Assembly (NCBI RefSeq): GCF_964204645.1
Contig: NC_134029.1
Coordinates: 1-64,000, forward strand
DNA length: 64,000 nt
Reading direction: 5' to 3'
Origin: Tubulanus polymorphus
Lineage: Eukaryota > Animalia > Nemertea
A program made the translations under genes and the position numbers. Positions 62,257 through 64,000 of the stretch are shown here, piece after piece (within the stretch, counting starts at the first letter, position 1; each line of letters opens with the position of its first letter). The notes beneath the pieces are model-generated. The model saw only the letters and a program-made list of their open reading frames with translations, had not been told where the DNA came from and ran no database searches.

Positions 62257-64000
62257 CAACTTCTCAGCATCGGCGAACTGTGGTTTATTTACTGAGAAAA
62301 TCAGCATGTACACCAACCATATCACTATGGTAACGGTTAATCGGATAGTTAAAGGATGTTGCTACGGTGATGGTAATTAACAACAGATGTTGCTATGGAA
62401 ACACGTGTAGTTTGTGCTTGAACTGTGATAAATGATTGAGTTAAACATGATATTCATGTGAAACATTGCGCACTTTAGAATTGAATTAGATACAGTTTGC
62501 ATATTCATGTTTAAAGGAAAGTTTTAAATGAGAACGAAATGAAATTGACAGAAATAAATATAAAACGTGCTGAAATTATGAGAAAAACAATATTGATGTT
62601 TATTTGTTATCTGTGATATACGATGTCTACTGTTAGTGCTTCTTTTTGTAAAAGATTCGTTATAGGCCAAGCGGTTTTATAGAATCGAATAAAATTAAAT
62701 TTGCTTTAAATTCCTCCTGTGGCACGTGAGTCTGCTGTTATTACCTCCGGAGCTGGCCGCCCGGAGCTAATAGATTCGCTGAGCAAAGAGTTCTACTAAA
62801 AATGGCTTGAAAATCATTTACAAAATCAGATTCCCCTTAAATAAAGGTTTGACGTTGATGAAAATATTTATTCAAAACAAACAGGTTTTAGTTGATGTAT
62901 GAAATTTGACTTATTCGTCATTCCTCACATGCCACAGTTGAACTGTATAAATAGAATACAAACTCCGTCTTCTCCACAAGTTACATAGAAATAGGTCGAT
63001 AGGCAAATTTACTCTTTTAAATGTGATTCGATTCTAGAAATATTGCCAGTTGAGTAGTTCCGGTGCTGTAATTAAGAGTTTGAGAATTTTCTCGATATCC
63101 GGCTCGCAAATCGGTAAATAGTTCGTCATCTACCCCCAGTCAAAAGTGTCTGGCATGCGAGTAATAAGATAGTTCACGTTTTTCACGCTATCGTTATACA
63201 TAGGGGCAGCACTAGACGGTCGAGACTGAGGCGGGCTAATATAGTTTCAATCGTCATTCAATTCAACGCCAATACTTATAAGTCATTTTCTTATACTTCA
63301 AAGTCACTTTTCAATAGAAATTATTCCAATTCATTTTATCCGATTTTAATTTTTGGTTAGAACGAAGGTACTATCAAAAATCTAACTGAAATTGGTTAAA
63401 TAAAAAGATGAATTAAAAAACTAATTACCGCTATCCATAGCAATAATATAATAAACCTTGCTCGGCCAAATTGATGATTTATATCGAATTGTTCCTTCTC
63501 TGTTTTAAAGAAATGTGTTCCAAAGTCGGATTTTATAAGATTAGTAGAAGTCACTCACCAAAAGTTTATCCGTTCCTGTCTGATTTCTTCCCTATTCCGC
63601 CGATTCCTCTGGCTTGAAATCAACAGTCGTGATTTTATGTGTGGTTAGTGTATCAGAATAGAAAGATAAACCAGAATTATTTCAGCGCTTTTTAATTGTT
63701 TTTTGCAGATGTTGATTTAATTTTTTCGTTTAAAGAAATTCATTCTCAAGTCGTAGTTTTCGGAAAATGGCTGGAAATCCGACTAATTCAAACGAATTTT
63801 TCTTGGTCCCAAAAGATCCGACTTGCGCAAGGTTTACGTGGACTTTCTGTTGCTTCGTGTTACAATAAATTAATATGCGTCCTGATTTAGAACGTGATTA
63901 TTGAATAAATGTTGAATGTGATATCGCTATAACTCCTGTAGAAGTTGAAGATGTTGCTTTATTTGAATGATAATGAATGTTCAGCAGTTTTCGTTTGCAA

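Noticed and set aside
62600-64000. Possible minus-strand gene or pseudogene (donor TTTTG|GTGAGT near 63558)
   Set aside because: All frames are interrupted by stops and no recognisable homology was found; cannot be supported without a search. The same applies to 20900-21600.

Overview
Gene-dense window from a compact animal (bilaterian invertebrate, probably lophotrochozoan; inference) nuclear genome with short GT-AG introns, many of them expanded by intron-specific minisatellites. Hand-spliced genes, left to right: tRNA-His(GTG) (-); SLX4 (-); an unannotated 92-aa single-pass, COA3-like ORF lying in the SLX4 5' leader (-); MAP2K5/MEK5 (+); a secreted, probably GPI-anchored protein with about 7 SRCR domains (+); MSL3 (+); a small Cys-rich CG13380-like gene (-); LRRC49 (-); SIRT6 (+); CCDC122-like (-); GM2-activator-like (-); EIF5B (+). 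Three pairs are head-to-head on short shared promoters. Main findings: (1) an apparent bicistronic unit in which a spliced 92-aa membrane-protein ORF stops 4 nt before the SLX4 ATG in the same exon; (2) minisatellites that copy exon/intron junctions, including 13 near-identical 3' splice sites in MSL3 of which only the last is productive; (3) frame-breaking lesions in otherwise intact SLX4 (4-bp duplication) and EIF5B (about 50-bp deletion), both beside G-rich arrays, plus an in-frame TGA in CCDC122-like; (4) a 497-bp near-perfect fold-back in a GM2A intron; (5) a MITE-end motif that recurs as unrelated intronic satellites. All gene models were spliced by eye and no database searches were run.
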